NCBI GenBank assembly: GCA_944391285.1
Contig: CALXSY010000005.1
Span: forward strand, 11,196-75,195
DNA length: 64,000 bases
Reading direction: 5' to 3'
From: an uncultured Clostridia bacterium
GTDB lineage: Bacteria; Bacillota; Peptococcia; Peptococcales; Peptococcaceae
Below are positions 41,194 to 50,961 of the stretch, in pieces. The position numbers and the translations under genes were made by a program. The stretch's first letter is position 1. Each line of letters starts with the position of its first letter. A model generated the notes under the pieces. It saw only the letters and a list, made by a program, of their open reading frames with translations, was not told the origin of the DNA and did not search any database.

Positions 41194-43964
41194 TATTTTT
41201 GCAAGGATTTCTTTTCCATCCAGCGGTTTAATTTATCGCATATAGAATCCAAATTTTCTCTTAAAACTGTCATAGCGGGCAAAGAACGCATAAAATCCTG
41301 TCCGTAGCTTTTAGAGATAATGCGGTTGTCTAAAATAATTATTGCTCCCCAGTCAGTGGAAGTGCGGATTAGACGTCCGCAGCCCTGGCGGAATTTGAGA
41401 ATTGCCTGCGGCAAGGAATAATTAGCAAAGCCGTTTTTCCCCATTGACTGCAATAATTCCAGCTTCGCACTGTCAATAGGCTTAGTCGGAGGAGCAAAGG
41501 GCAGCTTGACTATGACTACTGTTGTCAGTCCGTCGCCTTTTACATCAATGCCTTCCCAAAAGCTGCTGGCACCTAAGACAATGGTTTTCTCAGCATTATT
41601 GAGATTATGCAAAATACTGCTGCGGCTGCCGTCCTGTCCGTGAGCCAGAATATTGTATTCGCTTAAGTCCGGGTTGCGCTTTAAGGCAAAATAAACCTTA
41701 TTGAGCATCGCATAAGAGGTGAATAAAATCAATACTCCGCCTTTAACCGCCGGAATAATCTTTTCCAGATTGCGGATTACCATATCGGCATAGGCATATT
41801 CATTGATTTGAGAGTAATCAGGATTATCGATAGGAATCGCTACCACCGCTTGTTTTTTGTAATCAAAAGGCGAAGGAGTGACATAGGAAAGATATTCGTC
41901 GCTGTCTAAAAGAAAAGTTTCGGCAGTATAGGTTAAATTGTTTTTGATAGCCAAAGTTGCCGAAGTTAAAACGACGGTTTCGTTATTATCAAAAAGCTTT
42001 TCCTTCAAGAGAGGCATGATATCAATCATTGCAACAGACAAACTTAAATTGCTGCCCCAGCTGCTTTTGTTAAACTCCATCCAGTAAACCTGCTTTTCTG
42101 ACTGACCGCTTATAAATTCCTCTAAAATTTCATCCTGCTCTTTGAAAACAGCAATAATCGCATTCAGCTCTTTTAATAAGTCCTCAACATAGCTTTTGAA
42201 CTCCAAAAGATTGGCAATTTTGCTCAAGCGGTGATGGATAGTAGAAACCAAATTTTTACACTGGGTTAAATATTCCGCTAATGACTGCCACCAATCACTT
42301 TGCCGTTCTTTTTTAGTCAGGCGTTTTTCGTTGAGTTTTTCTAACTGCTTCACAGTAAAGACAAAATTGATAGTTTCGGTTAACTGCTTATCCATTTGGG
42401 CTATATCATCATGCAAGGCAGTGTTTACTTCATTTATTTTATTATAAATATCGGTAAAAATGGGATTGTCATATATATGATGCAAAATTCTCGGCACAAT
42501 GCCGGCAGCACGCTCCAGCTGTTTGGTGGATTTGCGCAGCAGCTCCAAATCAACCGTTTCGGTAAACTGTCTGATAGCCTCATCTTCCAAATGATGCGCC
42601 TCATCGATAATTAAATGATTAAACTGCGGTAAAACAGTGCCTTCTAATTTTAAATCCTGCAAAAGCTGAGCATGATTGGTGATAATAATCTGGCTTTGCT
42701 CGCATTTGCGGCGATTGTTCATAAAAAAGCATTTTTGGTAATACTTGCAGCGGCTGCCCAAGCAAGTTTCTCCCTGGCTGGAAACATTGCTCCAGTATTG
42801 GTGTTCCAATTTGTTTAAGTTCAAGGTTTCTTTATCGCCGGTGGTGGTAGTTTTCAGCCAATAAATAAGCTGGGCGATGAAGATTTTTTCACTCCAAAGC
42901 ATGGTTTTAAGCTGGCTTTGGTATAAATCCAGCCGGCGGGAGCAGAGATAGTTGCTGCGTCCTTTGCTTAAGGCTGCGGTAAAGTTGTATTGGAGAGCCT
43001 TGCGCAGAAAGGGAACATCAATATTATAAAGCTGCTCCTGCAAAGCGATGGTGTTAGTGGAAATGATGACCTTGCTTTTGGTTTCCACTGCCCATAAAAG
43101 AGAGGGCAGAAGATAAGCAAAAGATTTGCCGGTACCGGTGCCGGCTTCGATGATGGCGTGTTTGCTGTGCAAAAACGCTTCGGTAATAGTACGCAGCATA
43201 GCTATCTGCTGCGGACGGTATTGAAAATTAGGCAAATATTTACTCATCATACCGCCGCTATGGAAAAATATTTCGGCATTGGCGAAAGACAGTGCCGGTT
43301 TTTCATTGGGATAAAACTCTGTCTCAGCGGTATAGTTGTCCACGCCAACGATGGAATTGGTGATAGCATAATTAAGCAAAAGAGAAAGGATATGAGTAAA
43401 ACCGTTAGTTTCTCCTGCAAAGACATTTGAAATTTTTTGCAGAGTAAATGCTCCTGCCAAGAGAGCCTTATTCAGCATAATCAATAAAGCTTTAGCACAT
43501 ATTTCGGCATCAGCCAATGCCCGGTGATGCTCAGAAGCCTCAATTTGCAACTCCTGACCTATGCTAACCAGCTTATAGCTGGTTAAGGTAGGCAGAAATA
43601 CCTTGGCAAAATCATGGGTATCAGCCCAAAGATTTGGAGTTTCATAGCCCAAATGATTTTCCAAAATAGTTCTATCAAAGCTTACATTATGCGCAATCAA
43701 TATATTATCGCCGATAAAATCTAAAATTTCTGCTCTAACATCCTCAAAATGTGGAGAATCAGCCACCATCTGATTATCAATACCGGTGATTAAGGTTATT
43801 TCCGTGGGAATAATATAAACCGGCTTAATCAAATAGGAAAGGGTATCAGTTATTTCTCCGTGCTCAACCTTGCAAAGACCGATTTCGATTATTTCGGCGG
43901 TTTCTTCTAAGCCTGTAGTTTCTAAGTCAATGGCGACAAAAGAAAGATCAAGCATTATCTTCAC
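41193..43964 (-). CDS. dinG: DinG-family ATP-dependent helicase with N-terminal DnaQ-like 3'-5' exonuclease domain
   Basis: Exo motif AIDLETTGL, Walker A EAGTGTGKS, DEAH box IIDEAHHLED. Cys pattern NYLC...C-x4-C-x5-C matches XPD/DinG Fe-S ligand spacing. 923 aa. Confidence 0.88.
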   Translation of the reverse strand: MKIMLDLSFVAIDLETTGLEETAEIIEIGLCKVEHGEITDTLSYLIKPVYIIPTEITLITGIDNQMVADSPHFEDVRAEILDFIGDNILIAHNVSFDRTILENHLGYETPNLWADTHDFAKVFLPTLTSYKLVSIGQELQIEASEHHRALADAEICAKALLIMLNKALLAGAFTLQKISNVFAGETNGFTHILSLLLNYAITNSIVGVDNYTAETEFYPNEKPALSFANAEIFFHSGGMMSKYLPNFQYRPQQIAMLRTITEAFLHSKHAIIEAGTGTGKSFAYLLPSLLWAVETKSKVIISTNTIALQEQLYNIDVPFLRKALQYNFTAALSKGRSNYLCSRRLDLYQSQLKTMLWSEKIFIAQLIYWLKTTTTGDKETLNLNKLEHQYWSNVSSQGETCLGSRCKYYQKCFFMNNRRKCEQSQIIITNHAQLLQDLKLEGTVLPQFNHLIIDEAHHLEDEAIRQFTETVDLELLRKSTKQLERAAGIVPRILHHIYDNPIFTDIYNKINEVNTALHDDIAQMDKQLTETINFVFTVKQLEKLNEKRLTKKERQSDWWQSLAEYLTQCKNLVSTIHHRLSKIANLLEFKSYVEDLLKELNAIIAVFKEQDEILEEFISGQSEKQVYWMEFNKSSWGSNLSLSVAMIDIMPLLKEKLFDNNETVVLTSATLAIKNNLTYTAETFLLDSDEYLSYVTPSPFDYKKQAVVAIPIDNPDYSQINEYAYADMVIRNLEKIIPAVKGGVLILFTSYAMLNKVYFALKRNPDLSEYNILAHGQDGSRSSILHNLNNAEKTIVLGASSFWEGIDVKGDGLTTVVIVKLPFAPPTKPIDSAKLELLQSMGKNGFANYSLPQAILKFRQGCGRLIRTSTDWGAIIILDNRIISKSYGQDFMRSLPAMTVLRENLDSICDKLNRWMEKKSLQK

Positions 43965-43971
43965 TCCTTGA

Positions 43972-45216
43972 TTATACTTGCCAGCTGTTAAGGTAGGCTT
44001 CTTGTTCGGGGGTTAATTTATCTATCTTAATACTTAACGCTTTAAGCTTTAAGAGCGCTACCCTCTGGTCGATTTCTTTAGGCACACTGTAAACAGCGGC
44101 AGCTAAATTGGGATTATGGAGCAAATGCACTAAGGATAAGGTTTGCAGTCCAAAGGTTAAATCCATGATCTCAGCCGGATGACCGTCACCGGCGGAAAGA
44201 TTGACTAAACGGCCTTCGCCCAAAAGATATAAAGTACGACCATTAGTCAAATGATATTCGGTAATATTGGGTTTGCCGGGAGTGATAGAGGAGGAGAGTT
44301 TCTCCAAAGCGTTTTTGTCTATCTCCACATCAAAATGACCGGCATTGGCTAAAATAGCCTTGTCCTTCATCGCCGCTAAATGTTCATAAGCGATAACACT
44401 TTTGTTGCCGGTTACGGTGATGAAATAATCGCCCAAAGGAGCCGCTTCAATTAACGGCATGACGGAAAAGCCGTCCATCATAGCTTCCATAGCTTTAATA
44501 GGGTCGATCTCGGTAACGATAACTTTAGCACCTAAGCCTTTAGCCCGCATAGCTGTGCCTTTGCCGCACCAGCCATAACCAACAACGACTACAGTTTTGC
44601 CGGCTACCACCAAATTGGTGGTGCGCATAATAGCGTCCCAAACGGATTGACCGGTGCCGTAGCGGTTGTCAAAGAAATATTTGCTCAAGGCATCATTTAC
44701 GGCAATCATCGGAATTTTAAGAGCTTTGTCGTTAGCCATGGAGCGCAGACGGATAATGCCGGTGGTTGTTTCTTCGCAGCCGCCGATAATATCTTTTAAG
44801 ATTTCCTGATAATGATTGTGCAGGACATTGGTTAAATCACCGCCGTCATCAATGAATAAATCTGGCTTAAATTGCGCTAATTGGTGGATATGATTGGTGT
44901 ATTCTTCAGCAGTAGCCCCATGCCAGGCAAAGGCAGTAATACCGCTGTCTACTAAAGCGGCAACTACATCATCCTGAGTAGAAAGAGGATTGCTGGCGGC
45001 AACAGCTACAGTTGCTCCGCCTGCGGCGATTACTTGTGCCATATAAGCAGTTTTTGCCTCCAAATGCAGGCAAATAGCAACCTTTTTGCCTTGAAAAGGC
45101 TTAGTTTGGCGAAATTCTTCTTCTAAACTATTTAAAATGGGCATATGGGCTTTTACCCAATTAATTTTAACCCAACCGCTGGGAGCTAAGGATAAATCAC
45201 GAATTTGACTTTGCAT
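43972..45216 (-). CDS. ahcY: Adenosylhomocysteinase
   Basis: DDGGD, EETTTG and NAD Rossmann VVGYGWCGKG. 414 aa. Confidence 0.92.
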   Translation of the reverse strand: MQSQIRDLSLAPSGWVKINWVKAHMPILNSLEEEFRQTKPFQGKKVAICLHLEAKTAYMAQVIAAGGATVAVAASNPLSTQDDVVAALVDSGITAFAWHGATAEEYTNHIHQLAQFKPDLFIDDGGDLTNVLHNHYQEILKDIIGGCEETTTGIIRLRSMANDKALKIPMIAVNDALSKYFFDNRYGTGQSVWDAIMRTTNLVVAGKTVVVVGYGWCGKGTAMRAKGLGAKVIVTEIDPIKAMEAMMDGFSVMPLIEAAPLGDYFITVTGNKSVIAYEHLAAMKDKAILANAGHFDVEIDKNALEKLSSSITPGKPNITEYHLTNGRTLYLLGEGRLVNLSAGDGHPAEIMDLTFGLQTLSLVHLLHNPNLAAAVYSVPKEIDQRVALLKLKALSIKIDKLTPEQEAYLNSWQV

Positions 45217-45442
45217 AAAACTTCCTCCTTTAGATATGTAGCAGTAAAATATGTAACACTTTATTATAAACCATTTTTTTCTTAATTACAAGCCAAATTG
45301 CGGAAATAATTTGTGTTTTTCACCAAGGTAAAATTTGCATCGTTAGAAATAAACTGCTATTTAATAATAAATTATTGACAAATAAGGAAATTTGGATTAT
45401 ATTTAATTGTAGTGCATAAGTATATTAAGGAGGGGTTTTCCA

Positions 45443-46594
45443 ATGAACATAACAGCAGATATTAAATATGTAGGCGTAAATGACCATGATATCGACTTAT
45501 TTGAGGGACAATACGTTGTACCTAACGGCATGGCATATAATTCTTATGTAATAATTGATGAAAAAATTGCCGTGATGGACACAGTTGATGTGCATTTCTC
45601 CGATGAATGGCTTAATAATATTGCGAAAGCAACCGACGGCAGAAAGGTCGATTATTTAATCATTCAGCATATGGAGCCGGATCATTCGGCTAACATTGCC
45701 AGATTTATGGAGTTAAATCCTCAGACTACCATTGTTGCTACTCAAAAAGCTTTTGTGATGATGAATCAGTTTTTCGCTGATGATTATGCTGAGAGAAGAA
45801 TTGTTGCGTCTGAAGGCAGTGTTTTAAATTTAGGCAAACATGAGCTGACATTCTACACAGCGCCGATGGTTCACTGGCCGGAGGTTATGGTTACTTATGA
45901 TAAATTGGACAAAGTGCTCTTTAGTGCAGACGGCTTTGGCAAATTCGGCGCCGGAGATGTTGAGGAAGAATGGGACTGCGAAGCCAGACGCTACTATATC
46001 GGTATTGTCGGCAAATACGGCGCTCAGGTTCAAGCGCTGCTCAAAAAAGCCAGCGGCTTGGATATTCAAATCATCTGCCCTTTGCATGGTCCGGTTTTAA
46101 AAGAAAACTTGGCTCATTATCTCAATCTTTACAACACTTGGTCCAGCTACGGTGTTGAAAGCGAAGGTGTAGTAATCGCTTATACTTCTGTGTATGGTCA
46201 CACCAAAGAAGCAGTAGAAAAATTGGCAGAAAAATTAACAGAAAAAGGCTGCCCTAAGGTTGTAGTCTGTGATTTAGCGCGTTCGGATATGGCAGAAGCG
46301 GTCGAAGATGCTTTCCGTTACGGCAAGGTAGTATTGGCTACCACTACTTATAACAACGAATTGTTCCCCTTTATGAAAATTTTCATTGACCATTTGACCG
46401 AAAGAAACTATCAAAATCGTTTTGTCGGCTTTATCGAAAACGGCACTTGGGCACCTACTGCGGCGAAAAATATGAAAAAGATGCTCGAAGGCTGCAAAAA
46501 TATGACTTATGCCGATACGACTGTTACTATTAAATCAGCTTTAAATGCCGATAATTTAACTCAAATCGAGGAATTAGCTTCTGAGCTTTGCTAA
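45443..46594 (+). CDS. fprA: A-type flavodiiron protein (metallo-beta-lactamase-like plus flavodoxin-like domains)
   Basis: Diiron motif QHMEPDHS and a C-terminal flavodoxin-like domain (VVIAYTSVYGHT). 383 aa. Confidence 0.85.
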   Translation: MNITADIKYVGVNDHDIDLFEGQYVVPNGMAYNSYVIIDEKIAVMDTVDVHFSDEWLNNIAKATDGRKVDYLIIQHMEPDHSANIARFMELNPQTTIVATQKAFVMMNQFFADDYAERRIVASEGSVLNLGKHELTFYTAPMVHWPEVMVTYDKLDKVLFSADGFGKFGAGDVEEEWDCEARRYYIGIVGKYGAQVQALLKKASGLDIQIICPLHGPVLKENLAHYLNLYNTWSSYGVESEGVVIAYTSVYGHTKEAVEKLAEKLTEKGCPKVVVCDLARSDMAEAVEDAFRYGKVVLATTTYNNELFPFMKIFIDHLTERNYQNRFVGFIENGTWAPTAAKNMKKMLEGCKNMTYADTTVTIKSALNADNLTQIEELASELC

Positions 46595-46616
46595 TAAATT
46601 CAAGGAGGAAGAAAAA

Positions 46617-46991
46617 ATGGAACAAAAATTTTATATTTGCAAGCATTGCGGAAACATTGTAGCAATGGTTAAAAATGCCGGTGTACCTTTTATGTGCTGC
46701 GGTCAGAAGATGGAGCAAATCATTCCCGGTACTACCGATGCAGCTCAGGAAAAACATGTACCTGTCTACAAAGTAGAGGGTAACAAAGTATTGGTAACTG
46801 TAGGCTCTGCTCCTCATCCCATGCAGGATGAACATTATATCGAATGGATTTCTTTGCAAACCAAAGGCGGCAATCAACGCAAAGCCTTAAAACCCGGCGA
46901 TGAACCAAAAGTTTGCTTTGCTATTTGCGAAGGCGACGAAGTAGAAGCTGTCTATGCTTACTGCAATTTGCACAGCTTATGGAAAGCGTAA
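46617..46991 (+). CDS. dfx: Desulfoferrodoxin (2Fe superoxide reductase)
   Basis: N-terminal desulforedoxin CxxC...CC (CKHCGNIV...MCCG). Centre-II ligands (EKHVP, HPM..EHYIEW, YCNLH). 124 aa. Confidence 0.9.
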   Translation: MEQKFYICKHCGNIVAMVKNAGVPFMCCGQKMEQIIPGTTDAAQEKHVPVYKVEGNKVLVTVGSAPHPMQDEHYIEWISLQTKGGNQRKALKPGDEPKVCFAICEGDEVEAVYAYCNLHSLWKA

Positions 46992-46993
46992 TA

Positions 46994-47027
46994 AAAAACC
47001 AATCCCTAAAAGGGATTGGTTTTTTTA
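46994..47027. terminator. Bidirectional intrinsic terminator
   Basis: aaaaaaccaatccct-aaa-agggattggttttttt. Confidence 0.85.
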
Positions 47028-47807
47028 TTTTATGCGGTCGATAGCTTTTAAAATACCGTAAATAATTGCCGGCGGGCGGGGAGGACAGCCGGGAATATAC
47101 ATATCAACAGGAATAACGCTGTCTACACCGTTATTGGTCGCATAACTATCTCTAAAGATACCACCGCTTAAAGCACAAGCACCGCAGGCTACAACAATTT
47201 TCGGATCCGGTGTTGCTTCGTAGGCTTGCAGGAGAGCTCTGTGCATATTGCGGGTAACCGAACCGGTCACTAAAAGCATATCAGCGTGGCGGGGAGAAGC
47301 CACAAAAGTAATGCCTAAGCGCTCTAAATCGTTCAAAGGGTTCATCAGCGCATTGGCTTCGTAATCACAGCCGTTGCAGGAGCCGGCGTCAATTTCTCGG
47401 ATCTGCAAAGAGCGGCGCAGGGTTTTTTGAATCTTAGTTTTTAGTTCCTCCGCCAATGCTTCCGTATCAACTGCCGGAATTTGCTCAATAATCATAGGTT
47501 TGCGGAGTAAATTGGCTTTATTGCTGGTGCTGTCGGTGAAGGATTCGGTCATGAATATTGCTTGAGCGTGGCAAAGGTCAGCACATAAGCTGCAATAGAT
47601 GCATTGGTCGATATGCACATTGGGATAGCCGTCATTATCAATGCTAATCGCTTTAGCCGGACAATTCTGGGCGCAGATACGGCATTTCTGACATTTATCA
47701 GCCAGTATAGCCGGTGCACCAACATAGCCGGTATTGTCAATGGGCTTAAAGGGATAATCATTGGTCAAGCGGCGATATTTCAATACTTTTTCGTATTTTT
47801 TCAGCAT
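47025..47807 (-). CDS. Fusion of a 2x[4Fe-4S] ferredoxin module (HycF/HyfH/NuoI-like) to a NuoB/HycG/HyfI-like small subunit
   Basis: N-terminal half: CQKCRICAQNCP and CIYCSLCADLCH. C-terminal half: DAGSCNGCDYE, ACGACALSGG and IPGCPPRP, the NuoB-type proximal-cluster ligands. Confidence 0.85.
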   Translation of the reverse strand: MLKKYEKVLKYRRLTNDYPFKPIDNTGYVGAPAILADKCQKCRICAQNCPAKAISIDNDGYPNVHIDQCIYCSLCADLCHAQAIFMTESFTDSTSNKANLLRKPMIIEQIPAVDTEALAEELKTKIQKTLRRSLQIREIDAGSCNGCDYEANALMNPLNDLERLGITFVASPRHADMLLVTGSVTRNMHRALLQAYEATPDPKIVVACGACALSGGIFRDSYATNNGVDSVIPVDMYIPGCPPRPPAIIYGILKAIDRIK

Positions 47808-47821
47808 AAGAAAAACTCCTT

Positions 47822-49462
47822 TTAAAGGTCATTGCCTGAGTAAGAGAGGTTGAAACTTTTGTTGATTAACGGAAAATCCGGCACCAAATTGGTATTGACC
47901 GCATAAGGCACAGCCATCCAGTTGCAGAAGGAGGGAGTGCGGACTTTATAGCGGTAAATAGTGTTGTTTTCGCCGACCATCAGCCAATGCATATTTTCGC
48001 CGCGGGCAGCTTCGGTGATTCCGTAAGCGTATTCATAAGGCGGCAGTTTATCAGGCAGAGGAACGGAGATTTCGCCGTCCTTTAAGCCGTCGATGACGCT
48101 GAGCATGAGATTAACGGAGCTTAAAGCTTCGCTTAAACGGACGTTGAAACGGCAGCTGACATCGCCGCAGTCCAAATGATGAGCGGCAAATTTGAATTGA
48201 TCGTAAACGCTGTAAGGATGATTTTTGCGTACATCATAATCCAAACCGGAAGCTCTGCCGGCTATGCCGGTAGCATTTAAATCATACGCCGTATGGGCAT
48301 ACAAAACCCCGGTGTGCTCTAAGCGGTCGAGAAACATCGTGTCATTTTGCGCAATCTCCGTCGTGTCAATGATTTCCCTGCGAATAGCTTTCAGCTGCTC
48401 AACAGCACCGTGTTCTTTGCCCTTTAAAAAATCTTTGCGCACACCGCCTAATTTATTGGTACTGCGCAAAAAACGAGTATTGGTCAAATAATGGGCTAAA
48501 TTGTAGCCCATGATGCGCAGCATATTAAACTGTGAAGCCAAGAAAAGATTGGCTGTATCCCCGGCAATTCCGGATAAATCGCCGAAATGCGAAATAATTC
48601 GTTCTAATTCAGCAAGGATAATGCGTGTGTGCTGAGCCCGAAGCGGAACCTCTGCCTTAGCAATTTTTTCTGCCGCTAAGCAATAAGCAAAAGAATTGGC
48701 AAAGGTTTCATCGCCGCTGATACGCTCAGAGAGGAAGAAGCCTTGCTGAATGGTCATTTGCTCGGCAAGCTTTTCCGTGCCTTTATGAGTGTAGTGCATC
48801 TTGGTTTGCAGGTTGATAATCGGCTCACCGGCTACGGTGAAACGAAAATGCCCCGGCTCGATGACTCCGGCGTGAATAGGTCCAACCGGTATTTGATAAA
48901 CATCAGGACTGTCAATAGTGATTAATGCCGGCTCCGGCACATCTTTAGCCTCCGGCAAGGGCGGCTGAGAAAGATCGGTCACGCTTTTTCTTAGATGAGG
49001 CGGATGATTCTGCCAGTTGCCGTGATAGATTAAATCAGTAGGATTGGGATGCTCCAAGGGTTCTAAGGCAAATAAATCCCGGATTTCCCGCTCATATTTA
49101 TCAGCAGCCGGAGTTATTTTGGTGATGGAGGGAAAATTAGGCTCCTCGGGAGTAATAGGCACAGTGATGATAAAATGGCAGTTTTGCAGATGGTGCGAAT
49201 AGGTATAATAGAGGGTGAAATGACCGTTAATAGCTATCTCATCATTGCAAAAAAGGTTAGTCAGAGGCAAACGATGAGTGTGATTGAGGAGCATATTGAA
49301 TTTGCGCAGATTGGTGGTAGTGGTGTTAAGATAAATTTCATTGCCGTTTTTGCGGATCACAGCAGTTTTGGTTTGAGTTTGTTCGTTTATCTTTGTCAGC
49401 TGCTTTAATATTTCGTCAGCTAAAGTTGCTGACGGCGCTAAATGGGCTTTGTAATCGTACAT
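47822..49462 (-). CDS. Group-4 [NiFe]-hydrogenase large-subunit homologue (NuoC-NuoD / HycE / HyfG-like) lacking the NiFe cysteine ligands
   Basis: Colinear with HycE/HyfG. The L1 motif position reads ERISGDETFAN where R-x-C-G-x-C-xxx-H is expected. The C-terminus reads SFNLSYSGNDL-stop where D-P-C-x-x-C-x-x-R is expected. No C-terminal cleavable extension. Confidence 0.85.
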   Translation of the reverse strand: MYDYKAHLAPSATLADEILKQLTKINEQTQTKTAVIRKNGNEIYLNTTTTNLRKFNMLLNHTHRLPLTNLFCNDEIAINGHFTLYYTYSHHLQNCHFIITVPITPEEPNFPSITKITPAADKYEREIRDLFALEPLEHPNPTDLIYHGNWQNHPPHLRKSVTDLSQPPLPEAKDVPEPALITIDSPDVYQIPVGPIHAGVIEPGHFRFTVAGEPIINLQTKMHYTHKGTEKLAEQMTIQQGFFLSERISGDETFANSFAYCLAAEKIAKAEVPLRAQHTRIILAELERIISHFGDLSGIAGDTANLFLASQFNMLRIMGYNLAHYLTNTRFLRSTNKLGGVRKDFLKGKEHGAVEQLKAIRREIIDTTEIAQNDTMFLDRLEHTGVLYAHTAYDLNATGIAGRASGLDYDVRKNHPYSVYDQFKFAAHHLDCGDVSCRFNVRLSEALSSVNLMLSVIDGLKDGEISVPLPDKLPPYEYAYGITEAARGENMHWLMVGENNTIYRYKVRTPSFCNWMAVPYAVNTNLVPDFPLINKSFNLSYSGNDL

Positions 49463-49476
49463 TTATTTCAACTCCT

Positions 49477-50955
49477 CTATGGTAGGATAACTTGTTGGGC
49501 TAAGGTTAAAAGTTTAGTTAAAAAAGGCGGAGTATAAATACCCATAACGGCGATTAAAATTAACAAAAGCAAAATTACACAATTTCCGCTGATACTTTTA
49601 AAAGAAGATGTAGGTGTTGATTCATCTTTTTCACCGTAGAAAATCGGTGTTATGGTGTAGATGATGGAAGCAAAAATAACCGCCAAAAGCACTGCCAAAA
49701 TACCGCCTAAAACAAAGCTTTTTGCTTGAAAGATTGCCGTTAAAACCGTAAACTCGCTGATAAAAACGGAAAAGGGCGGAGTACCGGCGATGGCAAATAA
49801 GCCTAACAAAAAGACAACGGCAGTAAATGGTGCAGTTTTTAATAACGCCTTAACACTTTTGATTTCTCCTGACTGATAGGTATGGAGAATATTGCCGGTA
49901 GTTAAAAAGAGCATGGTTTTGGTTAAAGAGTGATTGAGCAAATGAAACAAAGCACCGTAAACAGCTAAGGGAGTATTGATTGCTAATGCTAAAACGATGA
50001 TGCCCATATGCTCTATGCTGGAATATGCCAAAAGGCTTTTGTATTCCCGCTGGCTCAAGATAAAGTAAACTGCTGCCAATATAGAGAGAAACGCGAGAAT
50101 TAACAAAAATGGGGTGGTATATTGGGAGCCGTCGGCATTGGTATTTAAAATGCCGGTGATGCGGATAATGGGATAAAGGGCTGTATTTAACAATACCCCG
50201 GACAAAAGGGCGCTGATAGGCGAAGGGGATTGGCTGTGAGCGCTGGGCAGCCAGGAATGCATAGGCGCCAAGCCGGCTTTAGTGCCAAAGCCGATCAGCA
50301 TAAAAATAAAGGCTAAGCGCAGGGTATCAGTATCTAAATTAGCAGCATTGAGGGTCAATGCTTGTACGCAAAGATAGAGATCTTCGCTTAAGCATTGCAG
50401 GGAAGATAAATGCAGCAAAATTACGCCCAAAAAAGCTGTAGCAATACCGACCGAGCAAATGATAACGTATTTCCAAGCCGCCTCAACAGAAGAATGTTTG
50501 TTGTAAAAGCCAACCAAAAAGGTGCTGGCTAAAGTGGTAGCTTCCACAGCAATCCAGATGATACCGAAATTGCCGCTTGTTAAGGCTAAAAGCATGGTAA
50601 AGGTAAAAATATTGGTCATGATGTAGTAAATGCGGATCCTGGCAGAGGTTATCTTGCCGTGATGGACATCAAAGTTTAAATAATTGACCGCATAAATACT
50701 GATTAAAAAGTTTAAAAAAGCAGTAATCAGCAAAAGCAGTGTATTTAAAGGGTCTAAATACGTATGCAGATTGTGATTAGCCAAAACACTGCGCACCAGA
50801 ACCTCTTTTGTAAGCAGAAGAACAATAATTAAAACCACGCCGTTAATTAAAATATTGGCTGCATGGTGCAGGCGGTTGCTGCGGGTTGCAATGTAGATGG
50901 GCAGGCTAATTAAAGGTAAAATTGGCAAAACAGTTGCCAGATTAATCAAGCTCAT
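49477..50955 (-). CDS. NuoN/HyfF-like antiporter-type membrane subunit
   Basis: 492 aa, ~14 TM helices. Mrp/NuoLMN-family motifs (GFGTKAGL.PMH.WLP.AH, LAYSSIEHMG). Confidence 0.85.
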   Translation of the reverse strand: MSLINLATVLPILPLISLPIYIATRSNRLHHAANILINGVVLIIVLLLTKEVLVRSVLANHNLHTYLDPLNTLLLLITAFLNFLISIYAVNYLNFDVHHGKITSARIRIYYIMTNIFTFTMLLALTSGNFGIIWIAVEATTLASTFLVGFYNKHSSVEAAWKYVIICSVGIATAFLGVILLHLSSLQCLSEDLYLCVQALTLNAANLDTDTLRLAFIFMLIGFGTKAGLAPMHSWLPSAHSQSPSPISALLSGVLLNTALYPIIRITGILNTNADGSQYTTPFLLILAFLSILAAVYFILSQREYKSLLAYSSIEHMGIIVLALAINTPLAVYGALFHLLNHSLTKTMLFLTTGNILHTYQSGEIKSVKALLKTAPFTAVVFLLGLFAIAGTPPFSVFISEFTVLTAIFQAKSFVLGGILAVLLAVIFASIIYTITPIFYGEKDESTPTSSFKSISGNCVILLLLILIAVMGIYTPPFLTKLLTLAQQVILP

Positions 50956-50961
50956 AATGAT

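Noticed and set aside
41193-43964. The large helicase-nuclease as part of a defence system.
   Set aside because: The architecture is the standard Firmicute Exo-DinG. Its neighbours (ahcY, phoR) are housekeeping genes, and no methylase, nuclease or ATPase partners are present.
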